A stretch of DNA of 22,700 nucleotides from Paraspadella gotoi. Its lineage: Eukaryota > Animalia > Chaetognatha. Location: positions 18,932,003 to 18,954,702 of the forward strand of contig CM119269.1 in NCBI GenBank assembly GCA_051294375.1, read 5' to 3'. Below are positions 1 to 9,683 of this stretch, piece after piece; within the stretch, counting starts at the first letter, position 1; each line of letters starts with the position of its first letter. A program made the position numbers and the translations under genes. The notes beneath the pieces are model-generated. The model was given only the letters and a program-made list of their open reading frames with translations, had not been told where the DNA came from and did not search any database.

Positions 1-255
1 GGCCAACCGTTTCAAACCCAGTAGAGGTTAAATTATTATTGCGACGCACGATTTAACTTGTTTTTACTTGTTTTTAACTTGTTTTACTCTGCTTTTAACT
101 TGTTTTTACATTGTTTTTAATTGGTTTTTAATTGATTTTAATCGTTTATTTCGTGCCTTTTTAATTTGATGCTAATACATGTTCTTTTAACCTCACTAAC
201 CTTCGAATTCGTGGCCGAGAAAAATTTAGGTTATTTGAGTACAAGATCAAACATT
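1..255. repeat. ~260-bp dispersed repeat, copy A (MITE-like; left end cut off by the window edge)
   Basis: Near-identical to 3384-3629 (GGCCAACCGTTTCAAACCCAGTAGAGG...GAGTACAAGATCAAACATT). The core is short TTTT(T)AACTTG-type subrepeats whose number differs between the copies. Confidence 0.9.
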
Positions 256-1920
256 GAAAACGGAGCTTGAAACGACGTCGCGTCTTCGCCGAGGTGAGAG
301 GTTTTGAAAAAAGTGAGAATTTGAAATTCGATTGAAAATTTTTACTTTGATTCCCAACCTTTTTATGACGCGAATTTATTCGCCCAAAACGCGACGCTGG
401 TAAAAAAACTAATATTTCTCTCCCTTTTCTCTCTCGGCGAAAATTACGACGCGCGGAGATTCGCGATACTGGAGATAAAGATCCGGTCTATACGACGCTG
501 ATGGTGGAGAAGATCGTCGAGTATCTCCGTCTCTCACACCTTCAGATTACCGATTATGACGGCTTGAGGCGTCTCGTTTTTTATAACGACGCTCGCCCTA
601 TTACATGAATTTGACTTATTCCCATTTAATCCTTTCCCTTTTTTTCGGTTTTTCCCTTTTGTAGATTCGCCATGGCTTTACTCAGTTCGGCCTTCGCCGG
701 TACAGCGCAATGCTCAGCCCGATGAGGAGCTTAGAGCAGCGGCACCTGGAGTTGGTTGCAGAGATGAGCATGTTGCAGAAGGGAGAAGCCCGGATTACAA
801 CCCTGGATAGCGGGTCAATGCTTGCTTCTTATGGCTTGGAGGGACAAGTGTGACGACATGGGATACCAAAAGAGCTAAGGGCTAAATAGAGATGAAGTAA
901 GTCAAGCACGAGCTACACTTCTTGCTTGGATAGCTTGGCACAACAAAAAGGGTTTCCAAGGAGCCCTAGTTATGTCCTCCCAGAATTTTCTCTGAGACAG
1001 CTGGTGGGGTGTTGAGTGTTCCTTCCACTCAGGCTGATGTGAGGCCTAAGGTGATTGTCACCAGTCCTGTTAAGGACCCTTAAAGGGGTTTCAGTCTGAG
1101 GAGAAGGAGTCTTGCATCGAGAATCCTTCGGGAGGCAGAACTGGAAGGCGAGCTGAGTCAAGCTGGCTCTTGCAGTGGCACAGTTAGATCTGGTGCTGCA
1201 GCGGAGCTGGCGGACTTTGAAGCTGCCCAAGCTATGTTCTCAAGGGCGCTCTAACCACCCAAGCAGAAGTCAGGGATTAAGAGAGAAGGGAAGGTCGGCC
1301 AAAACTGGTTCAAGAAAAAGATTTGCATGGGGTCAAACAGAAGTGGTCGATCAGCTAAGTTCATTGAAGGCTGAGCTCTGCAGCATTAAAGGCTACTGCA
1401 GCCATAGATGAAAAGATTTGTCAGCAGGAGTTTCGAATGAAATTCCAGCTTCAACCAATTGAAAAGAAGAAAAGGCTCAAGCTGCCCTTTCAAGCTCAAA
1501 TCGAGGTTGATTGATGCTCTCTTGATAATGAACAGGAATTGCCTCTTCTTGCAGATCCTCAATCCTCACAAGAACGCGTTCTGCGGAATTGGACATCAAA
1601 ACTATTCTCAAGAAATGATGCCGTGGAGGTGATGAATGTTGCAGAAATGAATACCGGAATATGATATTGATCCCGGTCAGGTGTTATTGCTGCTGAACCT
1701 TTGGCGGGGGCTTGGGTTCCTCCTGACAACTGCTAATCCTCCCCCTTTGGGTTTCTAGTATCAACGGCGCCTGTGGCTTGGGAGTGGCTCCTGTGGCTCC
1801 CCAATTTCAGTTCCCAGGAATATGCCTTTGCTGCACATGGTTGGCCGGGCAGCACTCTGCAACGCAAACGCCCGTCTCAGGCTGAAAAAATGGCCCGGCA
1901 TTCCTGCTGGTTGTGAGCCA

Positions 1921-2849
1921 TTCCTGAAGGAATTTGCTATGCATGTGGAAAGTTTCCAGGTATGACTGTCTGCACAAATTTTTGAGTTGTTGGGAGTGGA
2001 CCAGGGAGCTGCTAACCAAGCTATCCAGGAATATAAGATGCATGAGAACGGTGATGAAGCTCTGGAGCTTGCAAAGATTAGATTACGTAAACATTGGGGC
2101 GGTACCAGAAGTGCACAGCACTTGACTAAATGGAAGAACTTCTAAAGGGTGAGATTAAATCTTCAGACCATGATGGTTTGGCGAATTTTGTTGGGACCTC
2201 CAGAAGATGGCCAAGGTGGCTCATATCAATGGAGACTTCAAGGAGTTTGATTCCATTGACGTCCTCAGGATACTCATCGGAAAGCGTGTACCCTTTATTC
2301 AGGGAGTCATGGAAAAATACCATCACAAGAATGACTGTACGGTTAAAACGATCTGCAGGTTTTGCTTGTTTTTATTTCTTTCCTTAATGCAGAGTTTGGA
2401 AATGGAATCTCCTTTTGCTTCAAAAAGGGTGCAGGCACGATCTAGCAGCCTTCCAAGGCTAAGGCTATGCCAAAGTTAAATGTGGTTTCAGGCGACTGTT
2501 TGATTCCAAGGCCAAGGCAGTCTTCAGAAGCTGCTTCCAAATGGATCAAAGGATCTAAGATTGTGATGCAGCAGCAGCTGGAAAAAGATTTCAAAGGCCT
2601 CAAACACCTGCGATGACTGGCTCCCACTGCTGTGAAGAAGATTCCCGTATTGTCAGGCATGTAAAAATATGATCATCTCTATTATTGACTGCTCCCTGTT
2701 CAGGTCGAAAATCTGTATTGAACGAGTTTCCCAGATCAGAAGCACCGTAGCTGCTTCAGATGTTTACGTCGAGGACCATGCGACAAGATTGCCGGGCCAG
2801 GAGATATGTAGCAAGTGCGAATCAGACCAACACCACCACGCTCCTTCAT
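1921..2849 (+). pseudogene. gag: BEL/Pao Gag remnant (DUF1759-like region plus triple zinc knuckle)
   Basis: From 1921: FLKEFAMHVESFQV*...GAANQAIQEYKMHENGDEALELAKIRLRKHWG. Knuckles are CQACKN..DH.SIIDC (2651), CFRCLRRG.H....C (2752) and CSKCESDQHH..LLH (2807-2849); each needs 1-2 nt frameshifts. Confidence 0.8.
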
Positions 2850-2914
2850 TTTTGATGAGGCTCAACCTGCCCAGAAGGTCTCCAGTGCGATTGCACAGGT
2901 TGCTTCATCTCCAG

Positions 2915-3297
2915 CTTATCGTCCCGATTGTGGCGGTTCGTGTTAAGGGTCCTGACAAGGTAACTGAAGTTTACGCATTGTTGGATTCTGGCAGTAACCG
3001 ACGTTTATGTTCGAGAGGTTGGTGGAGGAGCTGCGGTTGAAGACTACATCTGTGGAGATGCAAGTGGGCGACCCTGGATCCACCAAGTGTGGGAGAAAGA
3101 TCAGGTTGATTTCACTATGGAATCAATAGAATGGCTTATACAGTGAGGATGGTAGATTCTGTTAGTCGTTGCTTGATTACCGCAGGACCATGGGTTCCAT
3201 TCCTGAGAATAAAGATTTAATGAAGTTTCCGCATCTTTCATGGAGTAGTCCTTCATGGAGTTGACAGGAAGTGAGATTGATGTGATTCATGGGATCT
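2915..3297 (+). pseudogene. BEL/Pao-type aspartic protease remnant (DUF1758-like)
   Basis: IVPIVAVRVKGPDKVTEVYALLDSGSNR with the catalytic D at 2984-2986. After frameshifts: IPENKDLMKFPHL.GVVL.ELTGSEIDVI.G, resembling the PHL...L......VD(L/I)LIG end of BEL proteases. Similarity stops there. Confidence 0.85.
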
Positions 3298-3365
3298 CTC
3301 TCTTTTTGGTTTCCGCGCCCAGTCATTGAGGAAACGCGTTGGTCGTAATATTATTAAGTCGCATA

Positions 3366-3629
3366 TGATCTTGTTTATTAGACGGCCAACCGTTTTCAAA
3401 CCCAGTAGAGGTTAAATTATTATTGCGACGCACGATTTTTAACTTATTTTTACTCTGCTTTTAACTTGTTTTTACATTGTTTTTAATTGGTTTTTAATTG
3501 ATTTTAATACGTTTATTTCGTGCCTTTTTTATTGATACAATACATGTTATTTTAACCTCACTAACCTTCGAATTCGTGGCCGAGAAAAATTAGGTTATTT
3601 GAGTACAAGATCAAACAAGATCAAACATT
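3366..3629. mobile_element. ~260-bp dispersed repeat, copy B; MITE-like with imperfect nested inverted ends
   Basis: Inverted pairs: TGATCTTGT (3366-3374)/ACAAGATCA (3605-3613, repeated at 3615-3623); CGGCCA (3383-3388)/TGGCCG (3577-3582); GAGGTTAAA (3408-3416)/TTTAACCTC (3551-3559). T-rich subrepeat core. Direct repeat of 1-255. Confidence 0.7.
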
Positions 3630-4064
3630 ATTATTATTATTATTGCTCTTATCTTTATCATTGTTCATATTGATGATGTTGATTTCTCGCCATCCCGTCT
3701 TTCTCTGTTCCTGGCAAAGGTCCAAACGCTCTCGCCTTTTGAATGGGCAGAAGAACTGGTGGCTCTATTTCTTGGGTTTCCTTGGCAACGGAGCCAAAAA
3801 AGTGGAGGACGCCGAGGACGGCGACGACGACGACGACGACAACAAGTTTTTGCTGATGCTTTGTTGATACACCAAACAAAGGATTAACGAAAAAATGACA
3901 AAAATTAAAATAATGATTCACATGACGATTACGACACAAAGCGGAAGGCAAATAAGTGTGGAAGACGATGCACACAAGGCCCCGAACCTCGGAGAGGAGC
4001 TCGTGCCGCTAACTCCCTGACGAATAACGGGGTATGAAATACTACCGCTACACGAGAATGATAT

Positions 4065-4438
4065 AAACAAGAACGGTATTTCCAACGTGTTGCGCCGCAG
4101 TGACTGCCTTATCACGTGTATTTTTTGTGATATGACCTGACATAATATGATGTGACATGACATGCCATGACATGACAACATGACTAAAATATCTTTCTTA
4201 GCCTGTGTATTTATGACACACAATGCATCGGAATTTTGTCTTTTAGGATTTCCTGAAGGTGGCGCTTGCAGTCCCTTAGAGTTGATGTTTTTTAATATCT
4301 TAACAAATGAGCAACCAACTATATGCAAGTTAAGAGAAGTGGGACAGACCGACAGATAGACAGACCGACAAAGCAACAGACCGACCGAAAATTGACTTAT
4401 AGAGTTGTTCCGCGGGTACTCGCGGCGCAACTAAAAAT
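4065..4438 (-). mobile_element. Helentron-associated non-autonomous element (HINE/DINE-1-like)
   Basis: Subterminal inverted repeat GTTGCGCCGC (4089-4098)/GCGGCGCAAC (4422-4431). Terminal hairpin AGTTGttCCGCG-ggtact-CGCGGcgCAACT (4403-4432) next to an A-run. (GACC/GACA)n microsatellite at ~4343-4388. The opposite end reads CTTGTTT on the minus strand. Internal CATGA repeats at ~4130-4185. Confidence 0.7.
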
Positions 4439-4543
4439 AACCGGCGAGGTACCATGTTTTCGTTTTCAGACCACTTGACGGATAAAGATGACCAAGTCGA
4501 AGGTGTTTTTGTTGAAAAGATGACAAAGATTGAGTAATTGAGA

Positions 4544-4593
4544 ATGACAATGACAAAAATGACAAAATGACAAAATGACAAAAATGACAAAAA
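4544..4593. repeat. Short tandem repeat (ATGACAAA[A])n
   Basis: About five to six 8-9-bp units visible directly. Confidence 0.8.
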
Positions 4594-4701
4594 TACAGAG
4601 GATAGTCTGTGATGACAACTCAGAGGACGATGTCGCGATTCGCGACAAACAGACGTCCTCTCATAAGTCGGCAGAGGGAAAAAGAGAGAATAATGGGTCG
4701 G

Positions 4702-4704
<3 letters not shown>

Positions 4705-4745
<41 letters not shown>

Positions 4746-4836
4746 ATGGAGCTGAGATTGAAGCCGCCACTTCGCAATTTGAATTTCACTCTCTTTATGT
4801 GAAATTCCAATGAAGGAATTCTGAGGAACAACGAGA

Positions 4837-4884
<48 letters not shown>
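4705..4884. repeat. Two (GA)n microsatellites (4705-4742, 4845-4884)
   Basis: Direct inspection. Confidence 0.95.
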
Positions 4885-4889
<5 letters not shown>

Positions 4890-5354
4890 TCTTCCTCTAA
4901 ATGACGAAAATAAACGGAAGACTCTCCTTCGAAATCGTCGCTTTTGAGAAAAAGAAGAAAGAATTTTTTTCAAAAATTTTCTTCCTTCAAAAAGAAAAGA
5001 AAAAAAATATCGCCACAAAGGACGCGCATAAAAATTCGATTATTATTCATGTGTAATATTAAGCCGAGATTTAAATATTAAGTATGCATACCGATAAAAA
5101 TTATTTCCGGAACGTGGGCTAGATTTTCTCGTAATGGGTGAAAAATTACTATGGAGAAGAAAATACCTTTAGGATTTTTATTCCACAGATTATGAAAAAA
5201 ATTTTTGTAATTTTGAAATTATTTTTTTAATCAAAGCGTCGCAGTCTATTGTAAAATGTTTACTTCTATTTTAGGAGAGTTGAAGCGACAGGAAAATAAA
5301 AAAGGGACAACTAATACAAATAAAGAAAAACCGAAATCTCCCTATCTCACTCTC

Positions 5355-5737
5355 TATCCTTTTCTATATCCTTCTCTTTCTTCCTCTTCCTCTTCTTCTC
5401 CTTCTCTCCCTTCCTTTCCTTTCCGTCTCCCTCTTCCTCTTCTTCTCCTTCTCTCCCTTTCCTTCTCCCGCTCTTCTTCTCTTCCTCTTTCTTCGCTTCT
5501 TCCCTCTCTCTCCCTTCTTTCGTCTTCCTCTTTCCTCTTCTTCTCCTTTCTTCCCTTCCTTCGTCGCTTCCTTCTTCCTACTCTCTCTTTCTCTTCTCTC
5601 CTCTTCTCTTCCGTTCCTCTTCCTTTCTCTCTTCCTTCTTCTCCCTTCTTCTCTTCTTTCCGTTTTCTCTTTCTCTCCTCTCTTCCTTCTTCCTCTTCTT
5701 CTCCTTCTCTCCCTTCCTTTCTGTCTTTTTCTCCCTC
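5355..5737. repeat. Low-complexity polypyrimidine tract
   Basis: About 380 bp almost entirely C/T on the + strand. Confidence 0.9.
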
Positions 5738-5836
5738 AATTCTCGTGCCCATAATCCCTCAAATTGATGTCGGTTCGATTCCCATCGTAAGAGGCGCCAT
5801 TTTATGGTTGTTTACGAATCAATTTCCCGACAAACT

Positions 5837-5870
<34 letters not shown>
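5837..5870. repeat. (GCC)n trinucleotide repeat running into an assembly gap
   Basis: At least 11 GCC units before the Ns at 5871. Confidence 0.95.
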
Positions 5871-6521
5871 NNNNNNNNNNNNNNNNNNNNNNNNNNNNNN
5901 NNNNNNNNNNNNNNNNNNNNNNNNNNNNNNNNNNNNNNNNNNNNNNNNNNNNNNNNNNNNNNNNNNNNNNNNNNNNNNNNNNNNNNNNNNNNNNNNNNNN
6001 NNNNNNNNNNNNNNNNNNNNNNNNNNNNNNNNNNNNNNNNNNNNNNNNNNNNNNNNNNNNNNNNNNNNNNNNNNNNNNNNNNNNNNNNNNNNNNNNNNNN
6101 NNNNNNNNNNNNNNNNNNNNNNNNNNNNNNNNNNNNNNNNNNNNNNNNNNNNNNNNNNNNNNNNNNNNNNNNNNNNNNNNNNNNNNNNNNNNNNNNNNNN
6201 NNNNNNNNNNNNNNNNNNNNNNNNNNNNNNNNNNNNNNNNNNNNNNNNNNNNNNNNNNNNNNNNNNNNNNNNNNNNNNNNNNNNNNNNNNNNNNNNNNNN
6301 NNNNNNNNNNNNNNNNNNNNNNNNNNNNNNNNNNNNNNNNNNNNNNNNNNNNNNNNNNNNNNNNNNNNNNNNNNNNNNNNNNNNNNNNNNNNNNNNNNNN
6401 NNNNNNNNNNNNNNNNNNNNNNNNNNNNNNNNNNNNNNNNNNNNNNNNNNNNNNNNNNNNNNNNNNNNNNNNNNNNNNNNNNNNNNNNNNNNNNNNNNNN
6501 NNNNNNNNNNNNNNNNNNNNN
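5871..6521. other. Assembly gap; others at 7485-7673, 15978-16002, 17039-17207, 17963-18171, 18637-18823, 19801-19942, 21619-22028
   Basis: Runs of N; several abut microsatellites. Confidence 1.
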
Positions 6522-6710
6522 CGCTCCTGAATTCCAGTCGAGATCCTCCGACGAATTTATATGTTTTCCCTTTTATTATCTGATGCGGGGAGGAAACTGC
6601 GGGAGAGAGCGAGGAAAGGGAGGAAGGGAGAAATGGGAAGAGAAAAGAAGTATGGAGGAAGTTGAAGAAAGAAGGTAGGGAGAGGATACGTAACAATAAC
6701 TGGGAAAATG

Positions 6711-7350
6711 GGGAAAGGAAAAAGGAAAAAAGAAAAGAGAGAAAGTGAAAACAAAGGGAAAAGGAAAAAAGAAAAGAGAGAAAGTGAAAACAAAGGGAAA
6801 AGGAAAAAAGAAAAGAGAGAAAGTGAAAACAAAGGGAAAAGGAAAAAAGAAAAGAGAGAAAGTGAAAACAAAGGGAAAAGGAAAAAAGAAAAGAGAGAAA
6901 GTGAAAACAAAGGAAAAAGGAAAAAAGAAAAGAGAGGAAGTGAAAACAAAGGGAAAAGGAAAAAAGAATAGAGAGAAAATGAAAACAAAGGAAAAAGGAA
7001 AAAAGAAAAGAGAGAAAGTGAAAACAAAGGGAAAAGGAAAAAAGAAAAGAGAGAAAGTGAAAACAAAGGGAAAAGGAAAAAAGAAAAGAGAGAAAGTGAA
7101 AACAAAGGGAAAAGGAAAAAAGAATAGAGAGAAAATAAAAACAAAGGGAAAAGGAAAAAAGAATAGAGAGAAAATGAAAACAAAGGGAAAAGGAAAAAAG
7201 AAAAGAGAGAAAGTTAAAACAAAGGGAAAAGGAAAAAAGAAAAGAGAGAAAATGAAAACAAAGGGAAAAGGAAAAAAGAAAAGAGAGAAAGTGAAAACAA
7301 AGGGAAAAGGAAAAAAGAAAAGAGAGAAAGTGTAAGCAAAGGGAAAAAGA
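6711..7350. repeat. Purine-rich 39-bp minisatellite, ~16 copies
   Basis: Unit AAAGTGAAAACAAAGGGAAAAGGAAAAAAGAAAAGAGAG recurs every 39 bp (e.g. 6781, 6820), which produces the spurious 13-aa repeat ORFs. Confidence 0.97.
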
Positions 7351-7886
7351 AAAGTCGTCAAGTCAAAACGAAACTAAACACGTGTGCTAAAAAAAAGTGT
7401 ATATAGGATATAGAAGAGAATACAAAATAAAACTAAAAAAAAAAAGAAAACAGAAGGGAAGAAAAAATCGTTTTACTTAAACGANNNNNNNNNNNNNNNN
7501 NNNNNNNNNNNNNNNNNNNNNNNNNNNNNNNNNNNNNNNNNNNNNNNNNNNNNNNNNNNNNNNNNNNNNNNNNNNNNNNNNNNNNNNNNNNNNNNNNNNN
7601 NNNNNNNNNNNNNNNNNNNNNNNNNNNNNNNNNNNNNNNNNNNNNNNNNNNNNNNNNNNNNNNNNNNNNNNNNCGCCTCCCCCTTTCGCCCTCAGATTCG
7701 GATTGCGTGTCGAATTCCGTGTCGGTGACAACGACCTAAACATCAACAACAACAACAAGTCCAACCACAGAAACACAGACATCCAACTCGACGAAAACAA
7801 TGTCGATATCAAAATATATATATATATGATTAAGAAAACGTCGAATTTGGGATCAAGTGCAGTATTTTTTTTTTCTTTTATAGAAA

Positions 7887-7926
7887 ACCATATTTCGATC
7901 TTATTTGACAGATCATCGTTCAGGGT
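7887..7926 (-). ncRNA. Minimal hammerhead-ribozyme-like motif, inverted-arm copy
   Basis: Reverse complement reads ACCCUGAACGAUGAUCUGUCAAAUAAGAUCGAAAUAUGGU, one U shorter near the putative cleavage site than the + copy. Confidence 0.55.
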
Positions 7927-8062
7927 AAGAGTGAAGTGAGTAGAAGAAGAGAGCTAAGGAAAAGAGAGAGAGATTAGAGAGAGAGAGAGAACAGGTGAGA
8001 GTCAGACAATACAACAGGGATAAATCCCTCCACCCCCCCCCTCTCGTTTCAATGTCTATCTG

Positions 8063-8250
8063 TCATTTCTTCTCCAGGGAATTAAGGATCGGTTTCATGC
8101 ATCGGTTTTGACATAAGACCCCATATCTTTCATTGAGGCCTCTGCCCGGGCCACAATCGAGGCGCCTGATCCACAAGGCCTCTTCCACCTTTAGGTGGTG
8201 GCTGAGGCTGGATGGGTCTTTGATGCGTGGACGTGAGAGGATGTCCGGTG
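8063..8250 (-). pseudogene. C-terminal fragment of a Penelope-like GIY-YIG endonuclease (inverted arm)
   Basis: Reverse complement of the sense copy. It keeps GGC CTC AAT GAA (GLNE) and CTG GAG AAG AAA TGA where the other arm has indels. Confidence 0.8.
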
Positions 8251-8254
8251 TCCA

Positions 8255-8455
8255 GTCAAATTGGGCTGAGCACCGGACATCCTCTCACGTCCACGCATCA
8301 AAGACCCATCCAGCCTCAGCCACCACCTAAAGGTGGAAGAGGCCTTGTGGATCAGGCGCCTCGATTGTGGCCCGGGCAGAGGTCAATGAAGATATGGGGT
8401 CTTATGTCAAAACCGATGCATGGAAACCGATCCTTAATTCCCTGGGAAGAAATGA
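8255..8455 (+). pseudogene. C-terminal fragment of a Penelope-like GIY-YIG endonuclease (sense arm)
   Basis: Two-arm consensus after correcting indels: VNWAE.PDILSRPRIKDPSSLSHHLKVEEALWIRRLDCGPGRGLNEDMGSYVKTDAWKPILNSLEKK*. This fits the W....IL...EA.WI.....LN.D.G......W.P.L tail of Penelope endonucleases. The frame is not shown in the ORF track. Confidence 0.82.
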
Positions 8456-8586
8456 GACTAGACATTGAAATGAGGGGGGGGGTGGAGGGATTTATCCCTG
8501 TTGTATTGTCTGACTCTCACCTGTTCTCTCTCTCTCTCTATCTCTCTCTCTTTTCCTTAGCTCTCTTCTCTACTCACTTCACTCTT

Positions 8587-8627
8587 ACCCTGAACGATGA
8601 TCTGTCAAATAAGATCGAAATATTGGT
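8587..8627 (+). ncRNA. Minimal type I hammerhead-ribozyme-like motif (variant core)
   Basis: ACC-CUGAACGA-U-GAUCU-gucaaaua-AGAUC-GAAA-UAUU-GGU: stem I ACC/GGU, stem II GAUCU/AGAUC, a GAAA box, and palindromic AAUAUU in place of stem III. The core has one extra nt versus CUGANGA. Located in a Penelope 3' UTR, where such motifs are known. Confidence 0.65.
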
Positions 8628-9636
8628 TTTCTATAAAAAGAAAAAAAAATACTGCACTTTGATCCCAAATTCGACGTTTTCTTAATCATAAATTAAACAG
8701 TGCATGTGATGACTCTACAAACATATATATATATATTTGTCAATATTTCGAATTTTGAACTAATTAACTTTACAATACACAGTTCAAACCGGTTTTTCTT
8801 TTTAATGAAAAATTCCCTTTTTTTTTTTACAATTTTAACATCTTTTCAGCAATTTCGCTCTTTTTCGTATTTATTTCGTCCACCAAATATAGAAACTACA
8901 ATGCAAACGGCAACGACCCCTCTACGAACCGGATTTAACAACCGCAAAAACTACGGCAACAACATCGAATACGACAACAACGACAACAACGACGACAAAC
9001 GACAACAACAACGACTTCTTCCTCCTCCCCATTTTTATTCTTTCTCCCCCCAAAAAAACCTCGAGAGTCACCGGGCGGAAAAAAACTGTCGCACTTTTTC
9101 GCATAATTGACGAGTTTGGGGAAAGTTTAGTCGGAGGTCGGGGAGAAAGGGGAAGTTATTCCGAGGTGGGGCAGGGATGGTTTATTTTCTATGCGGGTAA
9201 GGGATAGGGTTTTCTTTTGGTTCTTGAGGGGTCGGGTGTTTATTACGGAAGGAGGAAGCTGGAGTCACCGAGCAACTGGAGAATTGGAATAAAGGGGAAA
9301 AAAGGTGAATAGCTGAACACTATTCCCGGTGAGGGGCTGAAAAGGTGAGGGGGTTTAGTTACGCAAATAAAACCAATACACTCGAAATGAATAAATAAAT
9401 AAATAAATATCGAAAAACTTTAAAAAAAGGAAAATTTACGCGTGTTTCGAATTGAAATTCGAATTTCGGATTTTCGATCCCGGAACTTTTTTTAGTTTTG
9501 ACGATAATGTTTTAAATTCGTTTTTAACAAGAATAAAGCTTTTAGAAATACGTAACCCTAAATATTAAAATTTGAAATTCCATATAGATGCACAAAGATT
9601 TGACTCTCTCTCTCTTTCTCTCTCTTTCTCTCTCTT

Positions 9637-9683
<47 letters not shown>

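Larger units (their letters stand above)
665..3297 (+). mobile_element. Degenerate, truncated BEL/Pao LTR-retrotransposon internal fragment (gag + aspartic protease; no RT/RNase H/integrase)
   Basis: Microsatellite-free block of coding-like composition. Reading across frameshifts gives a Gag-like segment, three Cys/His knuckles and a YALLDSGS protease motif in the BEL/Pao order. Boundaries are approximate. Confidence 0.85.
7825..8690. mobile_element. Penelope-like retroelement remnant: two 3'-end (pseudo-LTR) copies in inverted orientation forming an ~866-bp palindrome
   Basis: Arm 7825-8250 is the reverse complement of arm 8271-8690 apart from small indels/substitutions, with a 20-nt spacer. 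From the centre outward each arm has the GIY-YIG C-terminus, stop codon, CT-rich 3' UTR, hammerhead-like motif and A-tract. Confidence 0.88.

Noticed and set aside
1-3629. Intact LTR retrotransposon
   Set aside because: No RT, RNase H or integrase; no recognisable primer-binding site or polypurine tract; coding region riddled with frameshifts.
3643-3975. Overlapping short ORFs on both strands
   Set aside because: Several frames are equally open around a (GAC)n repeat; no recognisable domain or splice structure.
5256-6696. Long ORFs of 259-424 aa
   Set aside because: They are open only because they cross a polypyrimidine tract and the 651-N gap.
6557-7361. Lys-rich and Phe-rich repeat ORFs on both strands; possible CRISPR-like array
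   Set aside because: Translations of a stop-poor 39-bp minisatellite. Units are contiguous with no unique spacers, and the context is eukaryotic.
8227-8685. 152-aa ORF in the palindrome as a real gene
   Set aside because: It is mostly out of frame with the endonuclease-like reading and runs into CT-rich UTR sequence.
7830-8685. piggyBac-like element with TTAA target duplication
   Set aside because: Inverted complementarity extends beyond both TTAA motifs (TATGA/TCATA), so they are part of the arms; the content points to a Penelope-like element.
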